Shown in pieces: positions 12,570-24,900 of a stretch of 64,000 nt of DNA. Under the pieces are notes generated by a model, which worked only from the letters and a program-made list of their open reading frames with translations, ran no database searches and was not told where the DNA came from. Position numbers and translations under genes: made by a program. Numbering within the stretch: the stretch's first letter is position 1; each line of letters starts with the position of its first letter. Source of the stretch: Klebsormidium nitens (lineage: Eukaryota > Plantae > Klebsormidiophyceae); assembly GCA_000708835.1 (NCBI GenBank), contig DF236978.1, positions 186,001-250,000 on the forward strand, in the 5' to 3' direction.

Positions 12570-12605
12570 CACTACATTCACTCGCCTCATGTCCAAACCG
12601 TCGTT
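12570..12605 (+). repeat. Left bipartite terminal inverted repeat of the 13.7-kb element
   Basis: 15-bp outer motif 12570-12584, 7-bp spacer, 14-bp inner motif 12592-12605; 14/15 and 13/14 identity to the right TIR. Confidence 0.85.
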
Positions 12606-13039
12606 AAATGTTTTTTCGGGTATTTATTTATCGATAATTCGGAATTCTTTCCGTGGCTCAAAATGCACGCCGCGGAGGAACTTTCGAACTCCTAGCCGCC
12701 ACGGTGTACAACTCCAGCAACTCTTGGACTGTGACGGGCTCAAGTCAGCCAGAGGCCCGCTTTTGGAGAAGTCGCCCTTCGGCATGTGAGCTAGGTATCG
12801 ATCAGTGGGCATAGTAGCGTCTTGGCGGAGGAACCTCACTGTCACTGTGTCAGGCTCTGGAGGTCTTTCAAGGTAGCGGGCGTTGGGAGCTTTACTCGAG
12901 TGAATCAGAATGTTGGACGTCTGTGTTGAGTATCAACAATTCACATACTAGGGTTGTGCTTGGCTTTGAAGCTGCAACAATGGCTTACCAGCTGCCGATG
13001 CTGTTGCAAAGTCCAATCAACCTCAAGATCCTTGATTAA

Positions 13040-16000
13040 ATGGCAGCTTCGACTATGTGGTTATGCTATGTAGCAGCTCTGTACATTGTAGCATCTTTGT
13101 CTGCAAGCTCCTCAGTAGTAGTTGCTGCTGGCCCTGCTGGGGTGATGGCAGGTCAAAGGCCTCCACTCTTTCCCTTAGCAGAGAATGTTCCCCCAAGAGA
13201 GGAATCCGGCACTCCCCTCACTCCACCTCTTGCCTATGGCATCCAGATTCCCAGGCTGTCGTCTCTTCTTCAACCGAACACCAGGGGGCCAATCCAGGTA
13301 AGCTCTGAGACATCAAGATTGTGCTAGTCACTAAGGAGAGTTCCAGGCAACAGCATGGCCAAAGCTAAGAGCTTGGCAGGTCTGCCCTGGGCTGGTTGAG
13401 GTGGTTCTTGCAAGGATCAACGATTGCTTGATCTGTGTGTTTCAGACAGTCAGAACGCCGATGAAGCCTAGTAATCATGCCAAGCTGAGTCATTCATGTT
13501 TGTGCATCACATAATCTGAGATATTGAAGTATCGTAGACTGTTGCTTGATCTGCAGGTCCCATTTGGTGTGCCTGTCTATCATCATCCAGCTCGACAGCC
13601 TCCAGCTGGTCTTGACGCACTTCTTCAGAAGCTTGAATGCCAGGTAAGCTAGACATCACAGTTGTTCAGTATCAATCGTAGGGTCTTATACTCTGACAAG
13701 AGCCAACAAAGAGCATTCTATGCTTCTGGCTGGGGCGCAAGTTTTTCCTACCTTGGCAGCTTTGCAAGTTTCTGCGAAATGGGGAGACCTGATGAAGCAT
13801 GGTTTCGTACACGCCAAAGCAAGCAGTGACCAGCCACATGTAGATCTGTAGGGTCCACTTGGACTTTGATGCATTTATCCAACGATTGGACCGTGTTAGA
13901 GCATTGTGATTGTAACTTGGAATTGATATTGGCCATGCTGAAGACACTTTTGTGCATTGCAGGAGGTTGATGATGGGGACAAGTTCGAGCGCACGCAGTA
14001 CCTGGTCACCAAGCGGCAGAAGCAAGGGCTCCAGATCATCATGGAGCACTTCTCGTACCCGAATGTCAGTCACGTGATCGGGGCCCTGGGCTCGGGGGGG
14101 CTGCTTCGGAGAGCAGAGGTAGACTGGAAAGCTGGGGCTGCAGCCTTCCTTACGGTTGCGGACAGGCAGCTGCGGGAAAGCATGGGGCAGCGGCAGCTTT
14201 TGAGGGCAGCCCTCCAGCATGCGGAAGCAAAGGAGAGGGAAGCGAGGGAGCGCCTGCAAGAGTCAATTCGAGCTGCTCAAGCAGCGCAGAGAACGAATGA
14301 GAAGATTCTTGAGGTAGAGCGCCAGCGTATCGCACTTCTTGAGGACAAGTTGCAGCGCCTTGGGCGTTCCGCAGTTGGGGCAAGTCAAGAAGGGGGGCCG
14401 TTGGGGGCTGCAAGCGAGGGGGCACCGCAAGCAAAACGCACGCGCAATTTCGGAGCCTTCCGTGACTCCTTTGAGGGGCAGCCCTTGAATTTCCGGGGGG
14501 CAAGGAAAGGAGCCGTGGAACCGCGCCAGCAAACCCGACGCAACTCTGCCATTCGTCAGATCCTCAGCAATGCTTTGAAAAGCATCCAGCGTGTCGTGGG
14601 GAGCTTTGCACTGACGGGAGATACGCAAGCTCATTTGAAGGCCATCGCGCGAGCCTTGCAAGTTGCGAGCGGAGGGAGAAGTTTGGTAGCGGACCCCAGC
14701 TTCCTGGTGCCTGAGCGCACGCGCCTTAAGCAAGACAAGGAGACGCGAAAGACGCTTCTGGGCAGCATGTACGATCCGGAGGCCTGGATCCAGCTTTACG
14801 ACGACTACAACATCACTTTCAAGTCTGGGCGAGGCATTGGTGGGATCCTCCCTCGGGGTGCCAAGCCGAATGACAACAAGCTTCTTGCCACTAAGAAGTA
14901 CCTAGATGATCTGATGGTCGAGATTCTGCCTATCAAGCCCACTGCAGGAGGAAATGGGCACATGGTGAGCCTTCTCATGTTGCTTCTCAGTTTACTGTGT
15001 CCCTTTCAATCATCACCAAGTTGATTTGGTGACTTAATGTACGCTGATGAGAAGGGGCCTGCAAGTTAGGCAATTTGTCGCAGTCTGCTCTTCCTTAATA
15101 GGCAGTTCTACCAGTAGCTGAAGTCATCATAAGCTTGTGAACACTGTGGCAGACATCTTGTATCAGGCTGCTTCTGAAGTGTTGGGATGCCAAGACTGCT
15201 GAATTGGGAATGGTCACAGTGTTGCTGGATCCTTCTTCTTTGTTCACAAGCCCTTCTTCTGGATGCCTTGCAATTGGACTCGGCAATCAGATGTTTCATG
15301 GTCAACGCCAGTCATCAAGTGCATGATATGTGGATGACTCTTTTGTTTTGAGCTTGTGCAGGTGTCTGCAGCATCTGTCATGGGTCTGACGCTACCCTTC
15401 TACTACGCAAAGATGGAGGACAAGGCCAGAGCTGCGGCCGTTGCTGAAGCTGAACTCGCCGGCGTGGAGTTGGATCCAGATGAGCCACTTAGCATGCTCT
15501 TTGACGTCAACAAGACTGGAACCCTAGAATCAGTTGTAAGTTGAGCTTTTCGCGCAAAAGCTTCAAGAAACGGTGCTGCAGGTCTGCTTGTACAAGCACG
15601 TCCAACATCACTTGCTTGTCTTTTCAGTGCAGCGAGGGGGTGTCTCTTGAGCAGGTGACGCTTCAAGGGCGGGAAGCCAGACTTGCTAAAGGACAATGTT
15701 GTCTGACCCAATCGTCTGTTGGCATAAGGAGTCTGGATTAGATGGAGGTGGACCATTAGATGTGCTCATTAGTGCCTTTAGAAACATTGGTCCAGTTCAA
15801 TACCAACTTTTCTGTCCTTTTATATCTATGCAGTGGGCAGCTGCTTTTGACGCCCGCAACCAGGGCCCGAATGACTGGACAACCTGGGTGGTCAGTCCTA
15901 AGTTCGACAATCTGCCGGAGTACTGGCAAAGCCCTCGCCACTGCCACACCATCATGGAGGCTACTGGGAAGGACAAGGTCAAGAACATCAAAAGCGATAT

Positions 16001-19000
16001 GCTGGACACCATTGGCGAACTGCAGGTCAGTTCATATGCGCATCGATCGCGTTGGCTCCCTGGATCCTAGGTAGCATTTCTCAAGCACTATGTAAACTTA
16101 TCTGAAGCCATTTTCAATCATGTGGAGGTGTCTTTCACTCAAACATGATGCTCAGATCTTGGCTGCATAGCAGTAGCCTGCAGGCATAGTGTTCTGAGCC
16201 TCTCTCGCTTGGCTTCCTTCATTCATCATTGCACTTGGTCGATTAGGTGTTGAAATGGTAGTCTTCTCATCTCATCTTAGGTGGCCAGCAAGTCGAAGGA
16301 CAAAGTACTGAATAAGATGGGCATCTTATTTTTTGTCTTTCCTTGTGTGCAGAAGTTGTACGACGGCGGTTGCAAGAAGCCTGGGGGCACTCTGTTCGAG
16401 ACGGTCGTTCACCATGTGCGCAGACAGTGCAGGGCTCACTTGCGCTTTCCGTCTGACATGGCCTCCCATTGGAGTCTTACACAGGATGGCGGATCTGCTG
16501 GTGGGGCGACAGCGACATTCTGCCACCGATGCAACTGTCAAAAGCACCAGCTTACGTGCTGCTTCGTCAGGTACAAGGTGCAGAAGGACGATACGTTGGA
16601 GAGCCTCGCTAGAGCCCAACGGGTAACAGTCGACCTCCTAACTTACGTAAATGATCGATCTGACGCCGCCACCAAGATGTTCAAGCCTGTGCAAGGTCCC
16701 AAGGGGGTGATCAGCAGTGACCCCATCTGCACCAACAACGCGTGGACGCTGGAGCAGTCCAAAGGTGCCGATCAAGGGTGGGCCCCAGACATCGACGTGT
16801 CTGCGTTGGATCCAACGAAGGCAATTCTTGACCAGACCGCAGGAAGGTAAGCTTCTGGATTCACAAGAATCTCTAGGCGACCTGCTGACCTTTCTCAGAA
16901 TGAGCACCTACTGAGCACCTGCATCTACGAAATCCTGAAGCCAAGGGGTGTTGCAACGGTCATTTTGTGCTCTCGAGATTGGAACTGTGTTCACTGTGCA
17001 AATCATGGAAACCGTGCATATTGCCTCTCGCTGAGCAATCTGTCCAACGTGTATGTGAGTTTGCACTGTCCCTAGTCGGCCCTTATGGACACCTACTTGA
17101 TTCCTTGAGACTAGCGCAAGCTGAGACTAGCGTGTGTTTCTTCAGATACCTGCGGATCTTCATCAGGTGGCCGTGCAACCGGGAGAATCCGGACGCGTTC
17201 CTGAAGTACGACCACCTCCACTCCCCGTACTGCATGGAGCACGCGGTTCAACGTATCACTGAGTTCCTGCTCCACTTCGTCCACGCGCGGGCGGAGAGCA
17301 TGTGAGAATTTCAACCGTCTGTTGCACACCAAGTCGGTTCGCTTGACTGCATGGGTTAATTCATGAGAGTTTCGTGCATCATGAATCTGCTGCTGAACTT
17401 GATTTGGTCGACACAAATTCTGGATACTGGATTCTAGATGTAAGTTGAGACCATGCTAAACCTGATCTACCTTCTCATGCTTCCTCGGCGTGGCAGTGTG
17501 TCTATCGGTGGCTTGCTATTGCACTTGTCCTCTTGCTTGTTTCCCTACTGTGATGAAGTCGCTTCTTTAGAATCTGGTTACTTCACTTCAGGATTGGCCT
17601 CATCCAAGATGCAGTTGAGATGCAGCCATACCAAATGCGCGTCTTCTCCTTCTGGCTGCAGGAAACGGGTGGACCAGCTGAATCAGAAGTGGTCGGACCT
17701 GCATACGAACTATCGCATGAACATGAACCCCAAGGCCGCCGATGGGGGTTCAAAATACTACGCTCCAAGCTGCACGGGTGGCAAGGCAAAAGCCCTCATC
17801 AGGACTGCTGACGCTTGGCTTCCTATTATCCTGACTGAACGGGACACGGCCGCGGTGCCCGAGATCTGGGCCACGTGGAAATCTCTTGTTTTGACAGGTC
17901 GCTCGTTCCACCCTACGGAAGCTGAGATTGAGAAGTTCTGCAGCGACGCTATGTTTTTCTTCCTCCGTGTCGTGACTACTCTGGACGACGCCCACTTTTC
18001 CTACTACATGCACACCAATTCTTTCCATGGTGAGCTCGCCTCCATGGGTAGGAGTTTTGCCAGTCTCTGGGCACGTTTCGAATAACTGTCTGCTTAGAGC
18101 TAGCATCGATCTCGTAGCTAGCACAGTACTCAAGCCCGGTGAAATCTTGATTCCGTCTGCCACATGCTAACATTCTGCAAGCATTGCGAGTGCGTTGCTT
18201 CTATGAAAACCAGCTTCGCTTCCGGATGTGATTGAAGGTTTGCAGCCAGGGTAAGACAACCGGCGTATGCAAATGATGGTATCAAGGGGTTCCCCATAAA
18301 GCGTCCATCTGGTAGGCAGTTCCATTGTCCAGACCACTTCGAGTCCCCCAGTGGTACTAAACAGTTTCTACGAAGCTGCCTCTGGAGGGTTGGGGTCATA
18401 TTCTTCTGCCGTTTGCTGACTCGCGTTAGCTGCATCTTCCATTTCAGGTCCCGATTTCCTGGTGACTCTTTTGTCACTCGAGAAGTGGATGCAAGAGGGT
18501 GCTGAGGCACAACATCTCATTGCCGATCTCATCTACCGGATGTCCTTCAAAGGTGGCACCCCGGGGCAGGTTTACACCAAGAAGAACGAAGACGGAACCT
18601 ACAACAAAACCGACGGAAGGCAGACGGATCAGAAGGTGGGTGTGGGAAGTTAGCCAAACGACAACTCCGTGTCTCTAGAATCCAAGCTCTGTCTCTTTCT
18701 TGTCGCACGGCCTCTGTCGCGCGACCTCTGCTTGACTTGTCAATGGTACTTTGCGTTTTTCAATCACTAAAGACTGAGAGGAATGTGTCAACTCGAGACA
18801 GCGATCATTCTGTGTTGCTGCAAAGTCTGCTTGTAGTGAGAGCTCGAGTGACAGACGAGTCTGACCCATTGCCCGTACTTTACTTTCTGATTCCGACTTA
18901 CCCTTCATTTGCAGTCCCAAGTCTTCACCCTGTACCTGATGCAACGGTGCAACAGGCTTCTCTACTACACGTTCGGGCCATTCTGGGACCCGAACATCGT

Positions 19001-19985
19001 CATGGATGCACGGCATAAGGTGCACGCGAGGCGGCTGGAACTCCTGGCAAGTGCCGATGCTGCAGTCAGAGACACGGCGGTCTCTCTCGCTGACGCAAAA
19101 GCTGCCGCAGACGCGGCAGCTCTGGCCGCCACGATGGCGTCCGCGGCACCTGCTGTCCCCGATGCCCGCGCAGATGAGAGCAGTGGGGAGTCAGATCCTC
19201 GCACCAGTTCCAGCGCACCCCCAGAGATTCGTGAGGCAGCCCGCAGCACCTGGGCGGCGCTTGCAGCCGCAAAGTTGGCAGCGGAAGCAGCGGTTAAGCT
19301 GCGTAAGAAGGCAAAGTTGGCGTCTGACCTCTCCGCTGCGCATCTGGACCGCGCCAAGTCTCAAGCTGGCGAGCTACCAGAGATTGAGATCGACGACAGC
19401 ATTGAGGAAGAGCTTGTGGAGCTAGACGCCATGATGGAGAGCAGCGCCACGCGGGGCGCTTCAGCGAATGTTTCGGAGGGGCAGGCGGCCTGCATGGAGT
19501 GTGGGGAGACCGCAAACTCGGAGGTCAACGTCCTTGTTACCTGTAGTAGCTGCACAGGCAGCTGTCATTTAGCTTGCTGTACGCCGGCGTTCTCAGAGGT
19601 TCCTGAGCAAGAGTGGACCTGCAAGCCCTGCAAAGAGCTACCCGTCTGCAAGAGGTGTGGAGAAAAGGAAGGGGTTGATGACGAGATGGTCGTGTGTAAG
19701 AACTGTGCGACACCGTTTCATTTGGGGTGTTGCGATGCTCCCCCACGCTCTCGCGCGGACGATTGGTTTTGCATCACGTGTGGCGAAGAAGAGCAGGACG
19801 AGCCGGAGTGCCATACGTGCGGGAGCGGTGATGAGCCAAGGTCAAATAAATTAATGCAGTGTGCTCTTTCTTCTTGTAAAGTAGCTCGTCACCAGAAGTG
19901 TTGCTCACCACCAGTTAGAATGAAGAAGAATCTTCTTTGGTATTGTTCTACTAATTGTAAGGAGGTGGCGGACCAGGCAGTTTGA
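13040..19985 (+). CDS. RAG1/Transib-like DDE transposase with N-terminal coiled coil, LysM-like insertion and three C-terminal PHD fingers (~1300-1340 aa, ~11 exons)
   Basis: Exons 13040(or 13145)-13297, 13557-13643, 13963-14964, 15362-15535, 15628-15654 (tentative micro-exon), 15834-16025, 16353-16846, 17146-17301, 17662-18029, 18448-18635 and 18915-19985; all GT-AG and phase-consistent. Candidate catalytic D (AFDAR, 15849), D (PSDM, 16455) and E (WMQEGAE, 18504); zinc ligands CHRC (16521-16532) and HTNSFH (18011-18028); three C4HC3 PHDs at ~19491-19960. The start codon is uncertain. Confidence 0.85.
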
Positions 19986-21960
19986 CTTCAAAAACTAGCT
20001 TCGATTTCAGTGCGACTACATTTGATAGGCTTGTTCCAAGTGGTAGACACTGGACACTCATATATATTGTGACTCAACTCTCTAAGTGTGTATATTATGG
20101 TGTTATTACACAGTCCGAGACCGTTTTACCGGTACGGAACATGGGCCTGTGTCTGGGTACACATTCTATGCTCTTATATTATGTATCCATTAACCGCTTC
20201 AACTCGTGGTTCTGTCATCGAATATAACCCTGCCGGCAAATCAGATAAGTCCGATTAAGTATGATTGGCAGCCATAGTTGGTTTGTTGTCAATATGCCAT
20301 TCATATTACATTACATATGAGTGGCTTATGTGAAATACAGGTATCCTAGTAGTTGTAAGTGCTCACTATCTGTACAGATACGATCATCGCACGCAACGTC
20401 ACTAACGGTGCTGCGTAAGCACTTTGCAGTAGAAGGGAAAGTCGAGCACTCGATCGCTGCTCAAATTGTCACATGTCTGCGCATGAGGTACCCAGTTCAA
20501 TTTGATGGTCACATGTTCTTATGAACGTACCCTCATGCAGGCGGCCACTAGAGCCATCGGGCAGTGCACCGGTGGGACCGGAATACAATTGTGAACGACC
20601 CTGCAGCTTGCTATATAGCTGCAAGTCACATGTATGTCCAAAAGTTGACACTACAGCTTGCTATGGCTGCACGTCATGTCCAGCCTATTTGTCTACCGTC
20701 CTACCGCATGATGCAAATTATTTATTAATTAGCATGCAACTAATTATGGAAACAACGACTAGCTAATGTGCGGCAGGTTTTGACTGCTCTACCCAACCTT
20801 ATTTGTAAGCCTTGTTTGTGCTCAGATTCCTAGATCCGGCAGAATGCAGGTGCCAAAAGCTTTGTCGCTGTTTCCATAGGGCAAATGTGGCCCATGTCAG
20901 CGCACGCCTGTATGAAGGTTGAATGAAGGATGAGTTCAAATTCGATGGAAGCTGCGTATGAGCCGGCACTCGAGTAGGGCCAGCTGCGCTTGACTGAAAT
21001 ATATATGCTGAGTGAAACGTACAAATTAAACATGCATGCATGCAGTTGTGGCAAGCTGTGGCAAGTTGTGGCAAGGTGTCTGATCAACTTCTAGCCGTAG
21101 CAAGCTGCAGTGTCACTAAAAATTGTTCCCCAATCTAGCTCACCGGTGCGCTGCCCAATGGCTCAACGTGGGTAATTAAAGGGCGCTAATCAACAACATG
21201 TGACCATGGTCGGGAACACGGTGCCGGGATCGACTGGGCGGCGACTCACAACAGGCTGAGAGTTAATAGCGCCACAGTCGCAAATGCTGACTGAGGCAAA
21301 AACAACTGTCATATCCTACTAAGATTAGCTATTATAATGATTGTTCATAAGAATCGAGCTTGATACCCACAAGCCGAATGTACCGGGAGCTTGCCCAGTA
21401 AGCTGGCACTGCACTCGGAGAGAGTCAAATCTCAGGTCTGGTACGGCCGCAAGCATACGTACTGCATCCGGTGAACGACTTCCAAGACAATGTCTAATCC
21501 CATCCCCTTCAAGAATTGTGATCGAGGATTCTTTTTGCATAGACTATCTGCAATCTCACCGTGGTGTATCCTGTAATTGCAAGAGGCGGCTCCCATGTGA
21601 AAGTGACATGCGCAAGCTCCGCATGCTGTCTTGCCATACATGGGTAGTATGTGGCATGGCTGTTGACCTACTTTCCGACTTTACAAATATAGTGAGATCC
21701 AGTATTTAAGACTCATCATGGTACAACAGGTTATAAAAGAGGTAGTTCTCTAAGAAATCTAGGCTTGCCCATATTCGCTGAGTCAGCGAATCAGGCCCAA
21801 ATATAGACCATGGCATGCGTTCTATAGCATGTCATTGGGAGGTGGATTCGAATTTTTGGTCCTGTATAAGCAAGGATTGCATGCCATTGTTTCCGTTGGG
21901 AACGACCAATGAATGGTGTTGGAAAAGCGCCAAACAAGATCTTGTAAGCAAACAATGTAA

Positions 21961-24900
21961 TTAAACAGGAGCCTTTTTCATAGCTGTGGGATTGTCTTTC
22001 GTGCTCCATAAGGAGTATCCTGACGCGTTGAGCTTCTCGACACCCCCTAAACGTATTAGAAGTTTGTCCGACCTCGGCCGGAACTCAAGCACCACGGGCA
22101 GATGGATTTTGAAACTTTGCTCTAGACCTCCCGCTCGATCACTCGCAGCCTTCTGCTCTAGCCACTTATCTCCTAGCACCTTGGCCAAATCGGCCTCCTC
22201 CTCAATACGGATTTGCACGTGGCTTCCTGCTTTGCCCCTGTGAATTTCCCAGACTGCGAGTTTCAGAACAGAGGCCGGAAACAAAGCAACGATCTCTATG
22301 GACGACGAAACCCTAGCCACTGGAACCCAAGCATCCCCCTGGACAGTCTTATTCCCTTTGCCAGTCACATAAGTTATCAGCTTCGTCGAAAATTTGTCGT
22401 ACCACTCGTCCATAGCCTTCGGAGTGCTCACGCGGATTGCTCCGGAACAGTTCAGCCTGAAGAGCGATGAGAAGGTCTGGAAGGTGGCTGGGCTTCTCCG
22501 GTGTGCCAACCAGGTTGAAGTCGATGGGGTGGATGGTCAGCGTCTCCCGATCAAAGAAGCGCTGCACACGAGATTGAGCAAACTGTCAGCACCGTTTTAG
22601 CGGAAGGATTGGCTTGAACGCCACTGCAGGTAGACAACGAGTATGGAGCAACTGAGATTTGAACACGCGAGCAAACAGAAGCAAGGCTACACGGATCTGA
22701 GTTGAATATTCAAGTGCAGGTGTTTCTCTCCCATCGCTGTCCCCCATCGCTGTCACAGGCTGTGCAGTGTCCAAACATATGCAACTTGAGTCGAGAAGGA
22801 AGCAACAAAGCGTGCGCAAGGAATGGACCGAGTCCTTACAAGGTATTCAAGCTGCATCCGACCAGACAGGCATGCGCACACGTATAACTGCTTCTCACCT
22901 TATAGTACATGTCGTCATCGTCGGCCCAGAAGTACGGGTCCGCAACAGTAGGACCCTCGATCTCGTCGGCAGCAAACTCCATTCTCTCAAAAGACACAAA
23001 CACTTCTCCTAGTTCATCCTCTGACTTGAAGTTCTCGCAGCCCCCTAGTTGCTGAATGTCAGACTGCCTATAAAAGCTGTACCCTGCGGCGATCTTCCCT
23101 TCAGGATGATTGACAAGAATCTCTGTGATGCGCACAACGAAGGGGGGCAGCTCCCCACCCTCGCTCGACCGCAAAAAGACACACTGACCAATAAACAAGG
23201 CCCCCTCCGATGGCTCCGGAAGGTGGTCGTGCCAATTCCGATTGGGCAGAACAATGGCGGGGAAGTAGGGCCCCACGGGTGGCTGCCACTTCTCTAAAAT
23301 GTCTTTGATCGAGACAGGAGAGGCAGACTTAGCGGGATATGCGACAGCGGTACCTACAAGATCCAGGAAGAAACAGCGCTGTAACACCAAGCTCGACAAG
23401 ACAGGACAAAAAACGCTTCTGGAATAAACAAGGGCTAGATGAAGGTAGAGAGGAAAACCTGAGGCACAAGCATCCTTCCGAAAGCCCTGCCCAACTTAGC
23501 TTCCGTTCTCAGAGGGGATGTCCTTAAAGGAGAGAGGGATCATAGAAATCATAACAGCCCCCTTGCGGAAGAGCAAAAGAAGTTGATTGAGCACCTAAAT
23601 TCAGAAATTGGTATTGCAGTGGGCCTGTACTGACTCATTGGCAAACTTGGACACAATTGGAACTGAATATGAGGCAGCATTCGGATGAGCTGAAACGTTG
23701 AATTGCACGCTGATCTGCACAGCAGATTCATAGGAGATAACACCAGACAACTTGACTAGGAAAGTGACAAAGTCGCGATCATCACGAGCTTGTTGCATAC
23801 CTGCCAGTCGGGGCCGTTTGCTCGAGGGTTTTTGCGGGCTCGGAGATCCGCAGTCGTAGTCATACTCATCTACTTCTCTTGAGCACAACGGGCGTCCACG
23901 GCTAGAGAGGGCCGGAGCAGCGGCTGCGTTTGCTGCCGATTGGGTTGCACCCGCTGCAGATGTCTCTGCTGCCGAGGATGCAAAGTTCGCCCCCTCGTTA
24001 GCAACCGCTTCCTCTCCTGCATACCAAGTATTATGAGTGCGATGACAAGGTTGTTGAGTGCTCAGTCTGGAAGTGATCCCCCTTGGGACTGCTCCCTTCA
24101 TGTGACAACACACGCAGGAAGCCGCCAATGTAGTCTAGGCATGCATAAAGAAGGAACATGATATACAAGAAAAGCGCATCCCTCTTTCCAGACCTCTAAG
24201 CAGCAGAATTGAAACTGAGCAGAAGGACTGGTTCGAGTGATTCCAATCTCTTCTCTTGAGGCCTTCAAGTTTAAATGTTCCACTGTAGGCGCCATGATGT
24301 CAATATCTGTAAAGAACAAACCACTGCAACTCTCAAGATACCGAACCAATTTTCATCAGTCCTTGGTTCGTTGCGCAATACATGAGCCTGCAAATGAAAC
24401 TTACCAAAGGGAAACTACCGCAGGCGCTTGAACATGCTCACCAGGCTGGGGCCGCACATGAATCCACTTTCTGAACACCTTCCAGAATTCGTCGATGTCC
24501 CAGGATGCCCCATTGGCTGCACCATCGCTCCAAGGCAACATTGCTGGCAAGATATTCAGCGCTCCCCGCTCCTGGAGGCCAGAGATATCGGTCTGCAAAT
24601 GTCCCATCCGGCTTCACCCTGTTGCCGACACCCCAACCCCAGCCTTCAGGAGCGTAAGGTTTGCCCTCTCCCCTTGCACCAGCTGCTACAGGGGGGTACT
24701 CAGAGAATGGACCAGGCAGAGAGTTGGAGAGTGGATGAGGCACAGGCGCATTGGTACCTGCAGGGGAGTAAGATGCATGAGTTAGTTCGCAGGCCTCATT
24801 GTATTCTAGTATTTCAGTCGACCTTGAATCAAAGAAAGATGTGCCAAAGCAAGCTAATGCACATGATGCAGTGTTTGGACAGTCCATTGGTAGGTCAGAT

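Noticed and set aside
13040-13144. Signal-peptide-like N-terminus (MAASTMWLCYVAALYIVASLS...) on the transposase
   Set aside because: It is incompatible with a nuclear transposase. An in-frame ATG at 13145 is an equally plausible start, and the stretch may be UTR or intron.
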